Positions 20,294 through 30,482 of a stretch of DNA of 64,000 nt are shown piece after piece. This DNA is from Endomicrobiales bacterium (GTDB lineage Bacteria > Elusimicrobiota > Endomicrobiia > Endomicrobiales > CAWCFT01). The notes beneath the pieces were generated by a model. It made no database searches and was not told the DNA's origin. It was given only the letters and a program-made list of their open reading frames with translations. Numbering within the stretch: the first letter of the stretch is position 1; each line of letters opens with the position of its first letter. The DNA is taken from the NCBI GenBank assembly GCA_963794945.1, contig CAWCFT010000008.1, positions 98,045 to 162,044 of the forward strand, given 5' to 3'. Position numbers and translations under genes: made by a program.

Positions 20294-21082
20294 ATGCCAA
20301 TAGTAGTCGGGATCACGGTACGAAGGATAAAGGAAAAGATATACGGCGACACAGGGCATCTAGACCTTGTTATCGGCGACAAGGTTCTGGCGGAAACCGA
20401 ACATGGGCAGGAAGACGGCGTTGTTTGCGAACGCGAGAAAATGGTTGAAAAGCTTAAAGATACACCGGCTAAAGTTATTAGGAAGCTGACGCCCGAAGAC
20501 AAAAGGCGCATCGCGGAAAACGAGCTTAAGAACCAGCAGGCCCAGAAAGCGGTGCTGGGCAAAATAGAGGACCACGAGCTCGACATGAAGCTCACCTGCG
20601 TCCAGTACACGTTCGACCGCGCCAAGCTTTTTATTTATTACACGGCCGAAACCCGTGTGGATTTCAGGGAGCTCATAAAGGACCTGGGGCACATACTAAA
20701 GACACGCATCCAGATGGTGCAGATCGGCGTACGCGACGAATCTAAAATGATAGGCGGCCTCGGAGCCTGCGGAAGGAAGCTGTGCTGCCAGGGGTTCCTC
20801 AAAGATTTTTCTTCGGTCACAATAGACATGGCAAAGGAGCAGGACCTGTCCCTGAACACATCAAAGCTGTCCGGCCTTTGCGGAAGGCTAATGTGCTGCC
20901 TTGCCTTTGAACACGAGTTCTACAAGGAAGCCAAGAAAAGGATGCCCGCTGCGGGAACAAAGGTAAAGACTCCTGCCGGGCCCGCTATGGTGTTTTCACT
21001 CAACTGCCTCAAAGAAGAGGTTACAGTCGAGCTTGCCGACAAGCAGCATAAAACGTTCCCACTGAAAGACGTTACGGTGTGA
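20294..21082 (+). CDS. ricT: PSP1-domain Fe-S protein (RicT/YaaT family)
   Basis: RVDFRELIKDL, QIGVRDE, GACGRKLCC and KLSGLCGRLMCCL. AGGAG RBS before ATG 20294. Confidence 0.93.
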   Translation: MPIVVGITVRRIKEKIYGDTGHLDLVIGDKVLAETEHGQEDGVVCEREKMVEKLKDTPAKVIRKLTPEDKRRIAENELKNQQAQKAVLGKIEDHELDMKLTCVQYTFDRAKLFIYYTAETRVDFRELIKDLGHILKTRIQMVQIGVRDESKMIGGLGACGRKLCCQGFLKDFSSVTIDMAKEQDLSLNTSKLSGLCGRLMCCLAFEHEFYKEAKKRMPAAGTKVKTPAGPAMVFSLNCLKEEVTVELADKQHKTFPLKDVTV

Positions 21083-21099
21083 TCTGAATTTAATATATT

Positions 21100-22624
21100 A
21101 TGAAATACTATCTGACAACCCCGATTTATTACGTTAACGACCTGCCGCACATTGGCCACGCTTATACCACGGTCGCTGGCTGACGTAGTTTCCCGATGGA
21201 AAAGACTTTGCGGAGACGACGTTTTCTTTCTCACAGGCACTGATGAGCATGGTGCCAAGATCTGCCAGGCGGCCGCAAAAGCTGGGGCCTCCCCCAAAGA
21301 GTTCTGTGACAGGATATCATCTGAGTTCAGCAAAGAATGGAAGAACCTCAAAATAACTAACGATTATTTCGTACGCACAACTGATGAACAACATATAAAA
21401 GCCGTTCAGAAGTTCCTTTCCGCACTGCACGAGACAGGTGCCGTACAGAAAGGCAAATATGAAGGGCTTTATTGTGTTGGCTGTGAGAAATTCATAGCCG
21501 AGGCCGACCTTTTGGATGGATGCTGTCCGGATCACAAGCAAAAGCCCGCCCTCCAGTCCGAAGAGAATTGGTTTTTCCGACTGGCAGATTACCAGGAAGA
21601 GCTGTTAAAGATCATAACTGACGATTCCGACCCGCGCGTGAAGATATTCCCCATAGAGCGCAGGAACGAAATAATAGGCAAGCTTAAAAGTATGAAGCTC
21701 GACAACATAAGCATCTCCCGCGCTAACCTCGAATGGGGTGTACCGCTTCCTTTTGACCCGGCCCAGACCGCGTACGTGTGGGTGGACGCGCTTCTAAACT
21801 ATATTACAGCCATAGGCTACGGCGAGGATGCGGACGAGTTCAAGAAGTTGTGGCCCGCCGACCTGCACCTTATGGCAAAAGACATACTCTGGTTCCACAG
21901 CGTAATATGGCCGGCGATGCTACTCTCGGTCAAGATGCCGCTCCCTAAAAAGATATTCGCGCACGGATTTTTTACAATAAACGGCGACAAAATGTCAAAA
22001 ACGATAGGCAACGTGATACTTCCCAAAGAGATGTCAGATAAGTTCGGCGTAGACGCGGCAAGGTATCTAATGCTTTCACTTTTTCCCTTCGGCGCGGACG
22101 GCGATATATCCTGGCAGGCCCTTACCGAAAAATTCAACACTGACCTCGCCAATAATCTCGGCAACCTCGTGTCGCGTACACTTACTATGGTAGAGAAATA
22201 TTTCGAAGGCAGGATACCTAAACCAAATTCCAATCCCATGATAGAAGAGGTAATAAATATCGTAGATTTCAACGAATATTTTGATAACCTCCAATTCAAT
22301 TATATTATTGAAACTATACAGAAACATTTAAACCATTCCAACCAACTCATAGAAAGATCTGCGCCGTGGAAAATGGCGAAGGCTAACGATCCCGAGCTCT
22401 CTACCGTGCTGTTCGAACTTCTCAACAGGATCAGGGTGGCGGCCTTATCGGTATTCCCATTTATGCCTGAAATATCGGCGAACATCTGGAAACAGATCGG
22501 CGCTGATGAAAATATCGAGAGCGAAGCCAAAGCCTTTTTTCAAGGCAGCATTATCGCTTCCCCCAAGCCCGGCAGTGCAATAACAAAATCCGGCAACCTT
22601 TTTCCTAGAATACAGAGCAAGTAG
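21100..22624 (+). CDS. metG: Methionyl-tRNA synthetase, short form (frameshift near 21178)
   Basis: MKYYLTTPIYYVNDLPHIGHAYTT from 21100, then GTDEHG, YVWVDAL and KMSKT in the shifted frame. Confidence 0.96.
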
Positions 22625-22649
22625 CTGATTTCCCAACCCTTTAAAAAAT

Positions 22650-23408
22650 ATGTTTATTGATACTCACGCGCACTTAACCGATGAACGCTTTGACCCGGAC
22701 AGGCCGGAGGTCATCAGCCGCGCCAGGGCGAGCGGCGTTTCAAAGATAATCGAGATCGCCTGCGAGCCGGGCTACTGGAGCAAGGCTCTCGAGCTTTCAT
22801 CCGCAAATAACGACATATTCTGCGCGCTCGGCATTCATCCACAGGAAGCGCAGCTTAGCGATGAAGCATTGTTTAGCAAACTAAGCGAGCTTATCAAAAA
22901 CCCGAAAGTCATTGCCATAGGCGAGACCGGGTTGGACTATCACCATGAGAATTCCACCAGGGAAAAACAACGTGAAGTCTTTATAAAACATATAGAGCTT
23001 GCTGCAAATTCCGGGAAGCCGCTTGTTGTCCATTGCCGTGAAGCTTATCCAGACCTTCTTGATATACTAAACGGAAAAAGCTACAGAGGAGTGGTGCATT
23101 GTTTTTCAGGCTCCTTGCAAGATTCCGAGAAGCTGCTGGAAATGGGTTTTTACCTGGGTATAGACGGCCCCGTGACCTACCCGGGTGCAAAAGAACTTAG
23201 GCGTGTAGTTGCCGCCATTCCGCTGGATAGGATATTGATCGAGACCGACTGCCCGTACCTCCCTCCGCAGCCGCACAGAGGCGGCAGGAACGAACCATCT
23301 TTCGTGAGCCTTATAGCGAAAGAGATAGCAATGATAAAAGGGATTGACCCTGTAGAAATATCTAAGATACTTTACAATAATTCATTAGATGTTTTTAAAC
23401 TTTTATGA
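22650..23408 (+). CDS. tatD: TatD family DNase
   Basis: IDTHAHL, GIHP, IGETGLDY, HCRE, HCFSG and ETDCPYL. Confidence 0.95.
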   Translation: MFIDTHAHLTDERFDPDRPEVISRARASGVSKIIEIACEPGYWSKALELSSANNDIFCALGIHPQEAQLSDEALFSKLSELIKNPKVIAIGETGLDYHHENSTREKQREVFIKHIELAANSGKPLVVHCREAYPDLLDILNGKSYRGVVHCFSGSLQDSEKLLEMGFYLGIDGPVTYPGAKELRRVVAAIPLDRILIETDCPYLPPQPHRGGRNEPSFVSLIAKEIAMIKGIDPVEISKILYNNSLDVFKLL

Positions 23409-24556
23409 AAACGAAAATACTGCTTATTCTTTTGGGGGGTTGCGCCGGAGCAATACTTATAAGCTTATGGCCTCCTTTTATTAAAGAACCAAAATTGAGC
23501 ATTAACGATATACATATTGCCTGGCTTTTAAACGGAAAAGAGTTTTTTGTCAATAACGGCTCTTTGCTTGAAACGAATCCCGAAATTGTTAGGCTTGATA
23601 ATCCGAAAGAATCGTTCACGCCGCAAAAAGCAGCGGGGGTTTACCGTATATTCTGTATTGGAGGGTCAAACACAAGAGGATGGCCTTTCCATCAATATAT
23701 ATCCTACCCTAAATTTTTAAATCTTTATCTAAGGGATCTGCTTCCTGCCAGAAAAATAGAAGTTATAAATGCCGGATTCATGCGGTCATCTACAGATAGC
23801 GATATCAGGCTGCTGCGCGAGCTGATGAATTTCCAGCCCGACCTTATAATAGCTTATGAAGGAAGAAATGAAAGCATGAACCTGCCGTTATATTCCGGGA
23901 TTAATGCAATTCTTATCCGAATACACATACAGCTATTAAGGAGTTTTCCCCTCTACCGTTTAATGAATTATTTCTATGATGACAATTTTAATGGGGGAGA
24001 AAGGCTCGAAGGTTTTGCACATATGACTTCCGGCAAAGGCCCTGTCCTGCTCAAAACACATTACATGAAAAATCTTCAGATTATAAACAACATCTGCCGG
24101 AATAAAGGATGCCACATAGTATTTTTGTCACAGCTAAAAAGCAAATACGAGCTCAACCCGGATTCGGAAATAGCCATCATTGATTCCTACCTTGAAGAAT
24201 TCGCATCGAAAAACAATTGTTTTTTATTTAAAATTGATAAGGCATACGCATCCTCTGAATTTTTTAAAAGCGATTTCATAATGGACAACACGAATCACCC
24301 TGGTTTTATGGGCTATATGTTTATAGCCAAGGATATATGTAAATCTCTTTACGACAATGATATCATAGCCGCCAAGAATGTTTGGAACTGGAGCAATTTA
24401 CAGAACGACAGGTATTACTTGAATAATATTGGTTTTAATTCCAGTATATTGAATAAAGTATACGCAGAAAGAGTGATTTCTTTTTTTCGAGTAAACAATA
24501 TTAGAGAAAAATGTTTACAAAGCGTAGCTGATTATAAAGCTACCTATGGAGAATAA
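23405..24556 (+). CDS. Membrane-anchored SGNH/GDSL hydrolase-like protein, AT-rich
   Basis: Blocks FCIGGSNTRG, EVINAG, YEGRNE and MDNTNHP; N-terminal hydrophobic helix. Confidence 0.7.
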   Translation: MKTKILLILLGGCAGAILISLWPPFIKEPKLSINDIHIAWLLNGKEFFVNNGSLLETNPEIVRLDNPKESFTPQKAAGVYRIFCIGGSNTRGWPFHQYISYPKFLNLYLRDLLPARKIEVINAGFMRSSTDSDIRLLRELMNFQPDLIIAYEGRNESMNLPLYSGINAILIRIHIQLLRSFPLYRLMNYFYDDNFNGGERLEGFAHMTSGKGPVLLKTHYMKNLQIINNICRNKGCHIVFLSQLKSKYELNPDSEIAIIDSYLEEFASKNNCFLFKIDKAYASSEFFKSDFIMDNTNHPGFMGYMFIAKDICKSLYDNDIIAAKNVWNWSNLQNDRYYLNNIGFNSSILNKVYAERVISFFRVNNIREKCLQSVADYKATYGE

Positions 24557-24561
24557 TCATT

Positions 24562-25164
24562 ATGGCAATAACCTATAAATATCAGGATAATCTCTACATT
24601 AACCTTACAAACCGCTGTGTAATGGCGTGCACTTACTGCATAAAATACAAATGGAAAAGCAAATTTCGCGGCAACAACCTGCGGCTAGAAAGAGAACCTT
24701 CGGTCGGAGAAATCATAACAGCGATAAAAGATCCAAAGAAATTCAGAGAAGTGATATTCTGCGGGTATGGCGAACCGCTTGTCAGGTTCAGAGTGCTGAA
24801 ACAAGTAGCCGGCTGGGTTAAATCTCAAGGCGGCAAGACACGCGTAAACACAACTGGAAATTTCAAACCTCATGACTCCAAGAAAATGCTCGCGGCTCTC
24901 AAAGGTGTAATAGACTGTATGTCCGTAAGCCTTAACGCGCCGGACGCGAAAACATACGTCAAAATAAACCGCCCCAAATACGGAATAGCGGCATTCAAAA
25001 ATGTTTTAAGTTTCATCCGCCTCGCGAAGCGCTACATACCCGACACAACGGTGACGACCGTCACGCTCCCCGGCATTGATGTCTCTAAGTGCCGCTCCAT
25101 AGCAAAAAAATTGAAAGTTAACTTCAGGGTCAGGCCTTACCTGGACGAATATGAGAACAGCTAA
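24562..25164 (+). CDS. TatD-associated radical SAM protein
   Basis: LYINLTNRCVMACTYC (CxxxCxxC), EVIFCGYGEP and SVSLNAPD. Confidence 0.9.
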   Translation: MAITYKYQDNLYINLTNRCVMACTYCIKYKWKSKFRGNNLRLEREPSVGEIITAIKDPKKFREVIFCGYGEPLVRFRVLKQVAGWVKSQGGKTRVNTTGNFKPHDSKKMLAALKGVIDCMSVSLNAPDAKTYVKINRPKYGIAAFKNVLSFIRLAKRYIPDTTVTTVTLPGIDVSKCRSIAKKLKVNFRVRPYLDEYENS

Positions 25165-25969
25165 ATACTTTTATTCTTATGCCCTCATCTCGGTTATCTG
25201 CGCCATATCCATCCTTTTTTTCTATTTCAACTACTTCAACATGGTCAAGATTATTGCCGACGGCAAGGTGATGGTTGTTCCCGTCCAGAACGTCACCATT
25301 GCAGAATTCCTTAAGAACAGAGGCATAGCGGTCAGCACGGGCGATATAGTGGTACCATCGCTTGAAAATCGGGTGCCGAGGCACGGGATTATAGGCATCA
25401 TACGCGTAGCGGAGAAAACGGAGACTGTGAGCGAAGTGTTGCCTTTCATTGTCAGGTGGAGCCACAAAGACTCGAGAAACCTCAGGCCTGTTGAACTTCA
25501 AAAAGGCACTCAAAGAGTGAAGACTAAACTCATTAAGACAATCTACCACGACGGCCAGGTGGCTTCAAGGGAAACTCTTAGGGAAAGGGTCACCACGAAA
25601 ACCGCTTACAGGCTGGTGCTCCTTGCTAAGGATGGTTCGTGGGAATGTATTTATGACCTTTCGAAAGCAAAAAAGCACCGTATGATCGCCACAGCATATT
25701 ATCCCGGTGACCCATTAGCTTGGCGTGACGGGACAGAAACGTTCCTGGGTGAGAAAATGCAGAGAGGTATAGTTGCCGTTGACCCAAGGGTAATACCATT
25801 GAGAACGAGAGTTTTTGTTTCAGGTTACGGTTACGGCTGGGCTGGTGACACCGGCTCGGCCATAAAGAAAAAAAGGATTGACCTGGGAGTCAACAACAAA
25901 CAGGAAGAGAAGGACTATATGCACGTACCTGTGGTTGTTTATATACTTGAAAAAGCGAACAGCTGGTAA
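25151..25969 (+). CDS. YabE-like cell-wall protein (DUF348/G5-like plus 3D domain)
   Basis: N-terminal TM helix. C-terminal MIATAY, VAVDPRVIPL and DTGSAIKKKRIDL match the 3D domain. Confidence 0.85.
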   Translation: MRTAKYFYSYALISVICAISILFFYFNYFNMVKIIADGKVMVVPVQNVTIAEFLKNRGIAVSTGDIVVPSLENRVPRHGIIGIIRVAEKTETVSEVLPFIVRWSHKDSRNLRPVELQKGTQRVKTKLIKTIYHDGQVASRETLRERVTTKTAYRLVLLAKDGSWECIYDLSKAKKHRMIATAYYPGDPLAWRDGTETFLGEKMQRGIVAVDPRVIPLRTRVFVSGYGYGWAGDTGSAIKKKRIDLGVNNKQEEKDYMHVPVVVYILEKANSW

Positions 25970-25980
25970 AGATATTATCA

Positions 25981-26085
25981 GGGGTAAGGGATAAGTGGTA
26001 AGTAACAGCAAACATATTAACAAACGACCATATTTACGGTAATAACTGTTTTAGTAAGATGTTCTTAACCCTTACCTCTTATCAC
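25981..26085. repeat. Heptamer tandem/inverted repeat element (GGGTAA family)
   Basis: ggggtaa-gggataa-gtggtaa ... cttaacc-cttacct-cttatca. The right arm contains the ADH stop. Confidence 0.75.
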
Positions 26086-27112
26086 TGTTTCTGTTCGGTT
26101 CGATTATAACTTTGATCGAATCTTTTCCGGAAGCAGTAAGCTTGAAGCCATCAATTGTTCTATCTAGCGGAAGCTTGTGCGTTATAAGAGCACCCACCTT
26201 AACTTTGCCGTCCCGTATCAGCTCAAGCGATTCTCGGTTGTCCGAAGGAGCAGCGCCGTAAGATGTGACAAGTGTCATGTCGTTGCGCCAGAAATCGTTA
26301 ACCGGTATATCAAGCCTCAGCCCCGGCTCTGTAGGCGCAAAAAACATGACTTTCCCGCCTTTATCGGCAAGCTCGAGCGCCTGTTTGAAGGCCGGAAAAG
26401 CACCGGTTGAAACTATTACTACATCATAAAGTTCGCCGCCGTTAGCCTTCTTCGCTTCTTCTATTACATTACCCTTCGCGTTTATAACAGCCGTTGCGCC
26501 CATCTCGACGGCTTTTTTCAAGCGGAACTCGTTGACATCCGTAATCACAACTTTGGCTGCACCCCGCGCTTTCGCAAGCAGAAGATGCAAAAGACCGGAT
26601 ATGCCAGCCCCGAGTATTATCACGGTCTGCCTTGCTTTTACACCGGCGGTCCGCTGGGCTCTTACAACGCAGGCGAGCGGCTCGACAAACACAGCTTCGT
26701 CATATGACATTGTTTCAGGCAAGACAAAAACACCGCAGTCGAGATTTATCTCGGGCACCCTTAAATACTGCGAAAATCCACCGGGATCGTAATTGGTTGT
26801 GTGCAGCAGGTGGCATGCAGTGTGATGACCGTTAGCACAGTACCTGCATGTGTTGCAGGGCACGTGATGCGACACAAAAACCCTGTCACCGACTTTATAC
26901 TTCTTTACGTTCTTGCCGGCCTCGACTATCTCACCGCCGATCTCATGGCCCAGCACAAGCGGCGCTTTTTTTATCCTGTACCACTCCATCACGTCAGAGC
27001 CGCAGATACCGCTTGAATGCACCTTAACAAGAAGCTCGCCGTCGCCTATTTTCGGCACCGGACGTTCTTCAACGCGCACATCGTTGTTGTTGTAATACAC
27101 CGCGACTTTCAT
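26072..27112 (-). CDS. Zinc-dependent alcohol/polyol dehydrogenase (MDR family)
   Basis: GICGSD, GHE, structural CNTCRYC..C, EPLAC and GAGISG. Confidence 0.92.
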   Translation of the reverse strand: MKVAVYYNNNDVRVEERPVPKIGDGELLVKVHSSGICGSDVMEWYRIKKAPLVLGHEIGGEIVEAGKNVKKYKVGDRVFVSHHVPCNTCRYCANGHHTACHLLHTTNYDPGGFSQYLRVPEINLDCGVFVLPETMSYDEAVFVEPLACVVRAQRTAGVKARQTVIILGAGISGLLHLLLAKARGAAKVVITDVNEFRLKKAVEMGATAVINAKGNVIEEAKKANGGELYDVVIVSTGAFPAFKQALELADKGGKVMFFAPTEPGLRLDIPVNDFWRNDMTLVTSYGAAPSDNRESLELIRDGKVKVGALITHKLPLDRTIDGFKLTASGKDSIKVIIEPNRNSDKR

Positions 27113-27137
27113 TACTGTTTCCTTTCAGTCGTAGAAT

Positions 27138-27935
27138 CTATCTCGCTTTTTTGGCTTCCATAAATATCTCGTGGGCTTCCTTGGATGTGGCGTTCTTGTG
27201 CACTATCGCGTAAAGCGCTTTAGCGACCGCTGCCGGGTTCGGGTTCTGCCATATGTTCCTGCCAAGGTTTATGCCACACGAACCCTTCTTTATGCCGTCG
27301 TAGACAAAATCGAACACCTCTTTCTCGGTCTCGCACTTGGGGCCTCCGGCCATAACTACTGGCACAGGGCAGCCTTCGACTACTTTTTCGAAATCTTTCT
27401 CGCACCAGTAAGTCTTGACGACCCTAGCGCCGAGTTCGGCGGCTATGCGGCAGCTGAGCGCGAGATATCTTGCCTCGATCTTTGAACCAATCTCTTTTCC
27501 CACGGCCGTTACTGCCATAACCGGGATGCCGTAGTCTTCGCACTGGTTGACTATTTTCGAGAGGTTCATAAGTGTCTGGTGCTCGTAATCGCTTCCGACG
27601 AAAATAGAAATGCCAACAGCCGAAGCGTTGAGCCTTATTATCTCTTCGATGGATGTAGTAAGGCCTTCATTTGCGAGGTCTTTGCCTACCATGCTTGTGC
27701 CGCCCGAAACTCTCAAGATAACCGGCTTATCAATAGATTCCCCAACACAGGACCTGAGCACACCCCTGGTCACGAACAACGCGTCGCAGTATTCCATCAG
27801 CGGCGCGATGGTCTTGCCGGGTTTTTCAAGACAGCTTGTCGGCCCTTGAAAATAGCCATGATCGATAGGAAGAAAAAAACAGCGCCCGTCTTCTTTAATA
27901 AGTTTTGACAACCTGTTTTTCATGCCCCAGTCCAT
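27138..27935 (-). CDS. lsrF: LsrF-like thiolase / class I aldolase (DeoC-FbaB family)
   Basis: MDWGMKNRL, DHGYFQGPT, RIAAELGA, KTYW, AGGPK and GRNIWQ. Confidence 0.85.
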   Translation of the reverse strand: MDWGMKNRLSKLIKEDGRCFFLPIDHGYFQGPTSCLEKPGKTIAPLMEYCDALFVTRGVLRSCVGESIDKPVILRVSGGTSMVGKDLANEGLTTSIEEIIRLNASAVGISIFVGSDYEHQTLMNLSKIVNQCEDYGIPVMAVTAVGKEIGSKIEARYLALSCRIAAELGARVVKTYWCEKDFEKVVEGCPVPVVMAGGPKCETEKEVFDFVYDGIKKGSCGINLGRNIWQNPNPAAVAKALYAIVHKNATSKEAHEIFMEAKKAR

Positions 27936-27945
27936 TTAAACCTCC

Positions 27946-28023
27946 ATTGAAGATTAAACATTTGGAATATTTTAAGATTTAAGACCATTAATTTTAAATC
28001 TTCAATCTTTCAATTTTCTAAAT
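27946..28023. repeat. 7-8-mer tandem/inverted repeat element (GATTAAA family)
   Basis: attgaag-attaaac-atttgga..atttaag ... ttaaatc-ttcaatc-tttcaat-tttctaaat. Overlaps the tsaB stop. Confidence 0.65.
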
Positions 28024-28668
28024 TGTTTTACCTCTTTCTTCAGCCCAAGACCTGCGCACGTATAACGGTTTAACCTTGCTGTAATTGCCGCCTTTTACTT
28101 TTTCTGCCAATAATGCCAGTACGCCTGCCCTGGGAAAAATATATCTTTCAGGTGTTTTTACAATTGTGTTCTTTAAAACTACTGAAATAATATCTCCGTA
28201 AACCATCGGAGCATTACCCACTACCATTATATTCTTTCTGAGCTTTTTTAGACCTTCAAAATATTTTTTAGCCTCGATTATCTCAACGGTTCTATTTGCA
28301 ACATAAACTTCACCCCGCCCGGCGTCAATTGCAGCTATAACTTCGAAATCTCCTTTAGGCACAGCCTTCCTAAGCAGTTCAAGCGTATTAATTCCCAAGA
28401 CCGGAATACCCAGAACCTGCGACAGCACCTTAGCGCACGTAAGGCCTACTCTTATACCTGTAAAGCTGCCGGGTCCAGTGGAAACCGCTATCTTATCCAG
28501 TGACTCTAGTTTCCACCCGGCATTATTGATGATCCTGGCTATGTTCGGAACAAGCTTTTCTGAGTGTATAAAACCCTTGTTATCAAACACTTCCTTGATT
28601 ATCTTGCCGTTCTCAGATAGCGCTAGGCCGAACGACCTGCCAGAAGTTTCTATTGCCAAAATTCTCAT
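28018..28668 (-). CDS. tsaB: tRNA t6A biosynthesis protein TsaB
   Basis: MRILAIETS, HSEKL, GPGSFTGIRVG, IDAGRGEVY and PLYVR. Confidence 0.95.
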   Translation of the reverse strand: MRILAIETSGRSFGLALSENGKIIKEVFDNKGFIHSEKLVPNIARIINNAGWKLESLDKIAVSTGPGSFTGIRVGLTCAKVLSQVLGIPVLGINTLELLRKAVPKGDFEVIAAIDAGRGEVYVANRTVEIIEAKKYFEGLKKLRKNIMVVGNAPMVYGDIISVVLKNTIVKTPERYIFPRAGVLALLAEKVKGGNYSKVKPLYVRRSWAEERGKTI

Positions 28669-29144
28669 AGAGGACCTTTCCCGGCAATTATTGATATTTT
28701 TCGTTTTTGTTCGCCAAGCCACTTGAAACTGACATCGTAAGCCGGGCATATCGCGTTCCTTTTTAGCCTATCGGCCCATTCAATAACAGTAATCGCGTCG
28801 TCAGATATATATTCTTCAAGGCCCAGCCTGTTGATAGACTGACCATCAAGCCTGTAGAGGTCCATGTGGCGCAGCAATTTCTTGTCCTTCGAACGGTACT
28901 CGTTTACAAGCACGAAGCTGGCGCTCCTTGCGAATTTTTTTATGCCGTACGAATCCAATATGCCCTGCACGAATGTGGTCTTGCCGCTTCCCAGGTCGCC
29001 CTTTAGAGTTACAATATCGCCTTTTACAAGTTTCTTAGCGAACCGCATACCGGCAAGCTTTGTCTCTTCCGGTGAACTGGTAATAAATTCCTGACCGTCT
29101 ATTTGCTTTAAAGCGTGAGCAGTTTCCCTGCGCTTGTTTGTCAT
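28665..29144 (-). CDS. tsaE: tRNA t6A biosynthesis ATPase TsaE
   Basis: LKGDLGSGKTTF, HMDLYRL and IEWAD. Confidence 0.95.
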   Translation of the reverse strand: MTNKRRETAHALKQIDGQEFITSSPEETKLAGMRFAKKLVKGDIVTLKGDLGSGKTTFVQGILDSYGIKKFARSASFVLVNEYRSKDKKLLRHMDLYRLDGQSINRLGLEEYISDDAITVIEWADRLKRNAICPAYDVSFKWLGEQKRKISIIAGKGPL

Positions 29145-30156
29145 ATCTTAAATGCCTGATAACCAGTTGCCTTAATACCTGACAGTTTGCTTCCGCTAAA
29201 ATATCTTAGCTTTTCTGGCACTGTTTATTTCACCGATGCAGGTAATATCTCTTGATATTTTTTACGACAGCTTTAGCCCCGCGGGGGTTGACCGTAAAAA
29301 CGAGCTCATAGTCCTCTCCGCCGTCCAACGCAAGATCAAGCGGATGAATACTTTTATCCTTCAAAGAAACTCCCTTAGTTCCTTTGAAACCGGTATTTTT
29401 TCGATACGATACATCTGCGCCCGCAGAGCTTTTATCTGTAATGATCTTAAGCGAAGCGGCAAGGCCGTCAGATGAGTCTATCATGCTTGTAACCACACCG
29501 GTTCTTGAAAGAAGACCCGCTGTTTTAAGGCGCGGTACAGGTAAAATGTGCTTATTTATAAGCTTTTTCTCCAATTTACCTGCTGCCCTGCCATGTTTTT
29601 CAAGTATATTCAGCCCTGCCCCAGAGTCGCCGAATATTCCAGTTACATACACAAGGTCGCCCGGCTTGGCGTTTGACCTGTGGATAAGATTTTTTTTTTC
29701 TATTTCACCTATTAAAGTAATTGATATTACAATGTCTTTTTTAGTTGAGCTACTGTGTCACCGCCAGCTATCATATAGCCGTATCTTAGAATATGCCTTC
29801 TTCATACCTATGTACAACTTATCAACAAAATCCACAGATATATCACCAGGCATTCCAAGCCCGACAAGGGCATATAGAGGCTTTGCGCCACCCATTGCGG
29901 CAAGGTCTCAGAGGTTGACAGCCATTGACTTATACCCCAGATCCTCCGGCTTGATCCAACTGCGCCGGAAATGGATATCTTCAACAAGCATATCTTTGGT
30001 AACTACCAGCAGCTTACCAGCAGGGAACTTCGCCGCGAATGCGTCATCTCCTATACCAACGACAACATCACCGGCGGTTCTTTTAAGGCTTAGATTTTTT
30101 TCCAAACGCTTTAACAGGCTGAATTCGCCAATCCGGTTTAAAGATATGTTTTTCAT
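29141..30156 (-). CDS. thiL: Thiamine-monophosphate kinase (several frameshifts)
   Basis: IGEF, GIGDDA, DMLVEDIHF, GYKSMAVNL, IDSSDGL, GGEDYELVFT and a C-terminal GYQAF, spread across frames. Confidence 0.9.
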
Positions 30157-30191
30157 CGAATTTCCATAGGTCAGGAACGGCAAGGGCAGGT

Positions 30192-30422
30192 CTATTTTTC
30201 TTTATTTTCTGCCGGCGGATTATCATCGCCTGTTTTAGATTCGAAAGATTCGGTAATATTAGTGATCCCGGCCACGATCGAGATCACCCCTCCCACAACA
30301 AACATGAAAGGCACAAGGCCTTTCAAAACAATAATGAAATCGCCTTTCCAAACAAGAACCCCGCAACCGCCAGCCATGATAAAAACAAGCCCTAAAATTA
30401 CTGCAAGCATAAATGCCTCCAT
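30192..30422 (-). CDS. Small hypothetical membrane protein with two TM helices
   Basis: 76-aa ORF with two hydrophobic segments and a charged tail, co-oriented with the operon. Confidence 0.7.
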   Translation of the reverse strand: MEAFMLAVILGLVFIMAGGCGVLVWKGDFIIVLKGLVPFMFVVGGVISIVAGITNITESFESKTGDDNPPAENKEK

Positions 30423-30482
30423 AACTATGACAATTAAATATTCTAAGATAAATTAATCTCGAATTTTATAAATTTTGAATCT

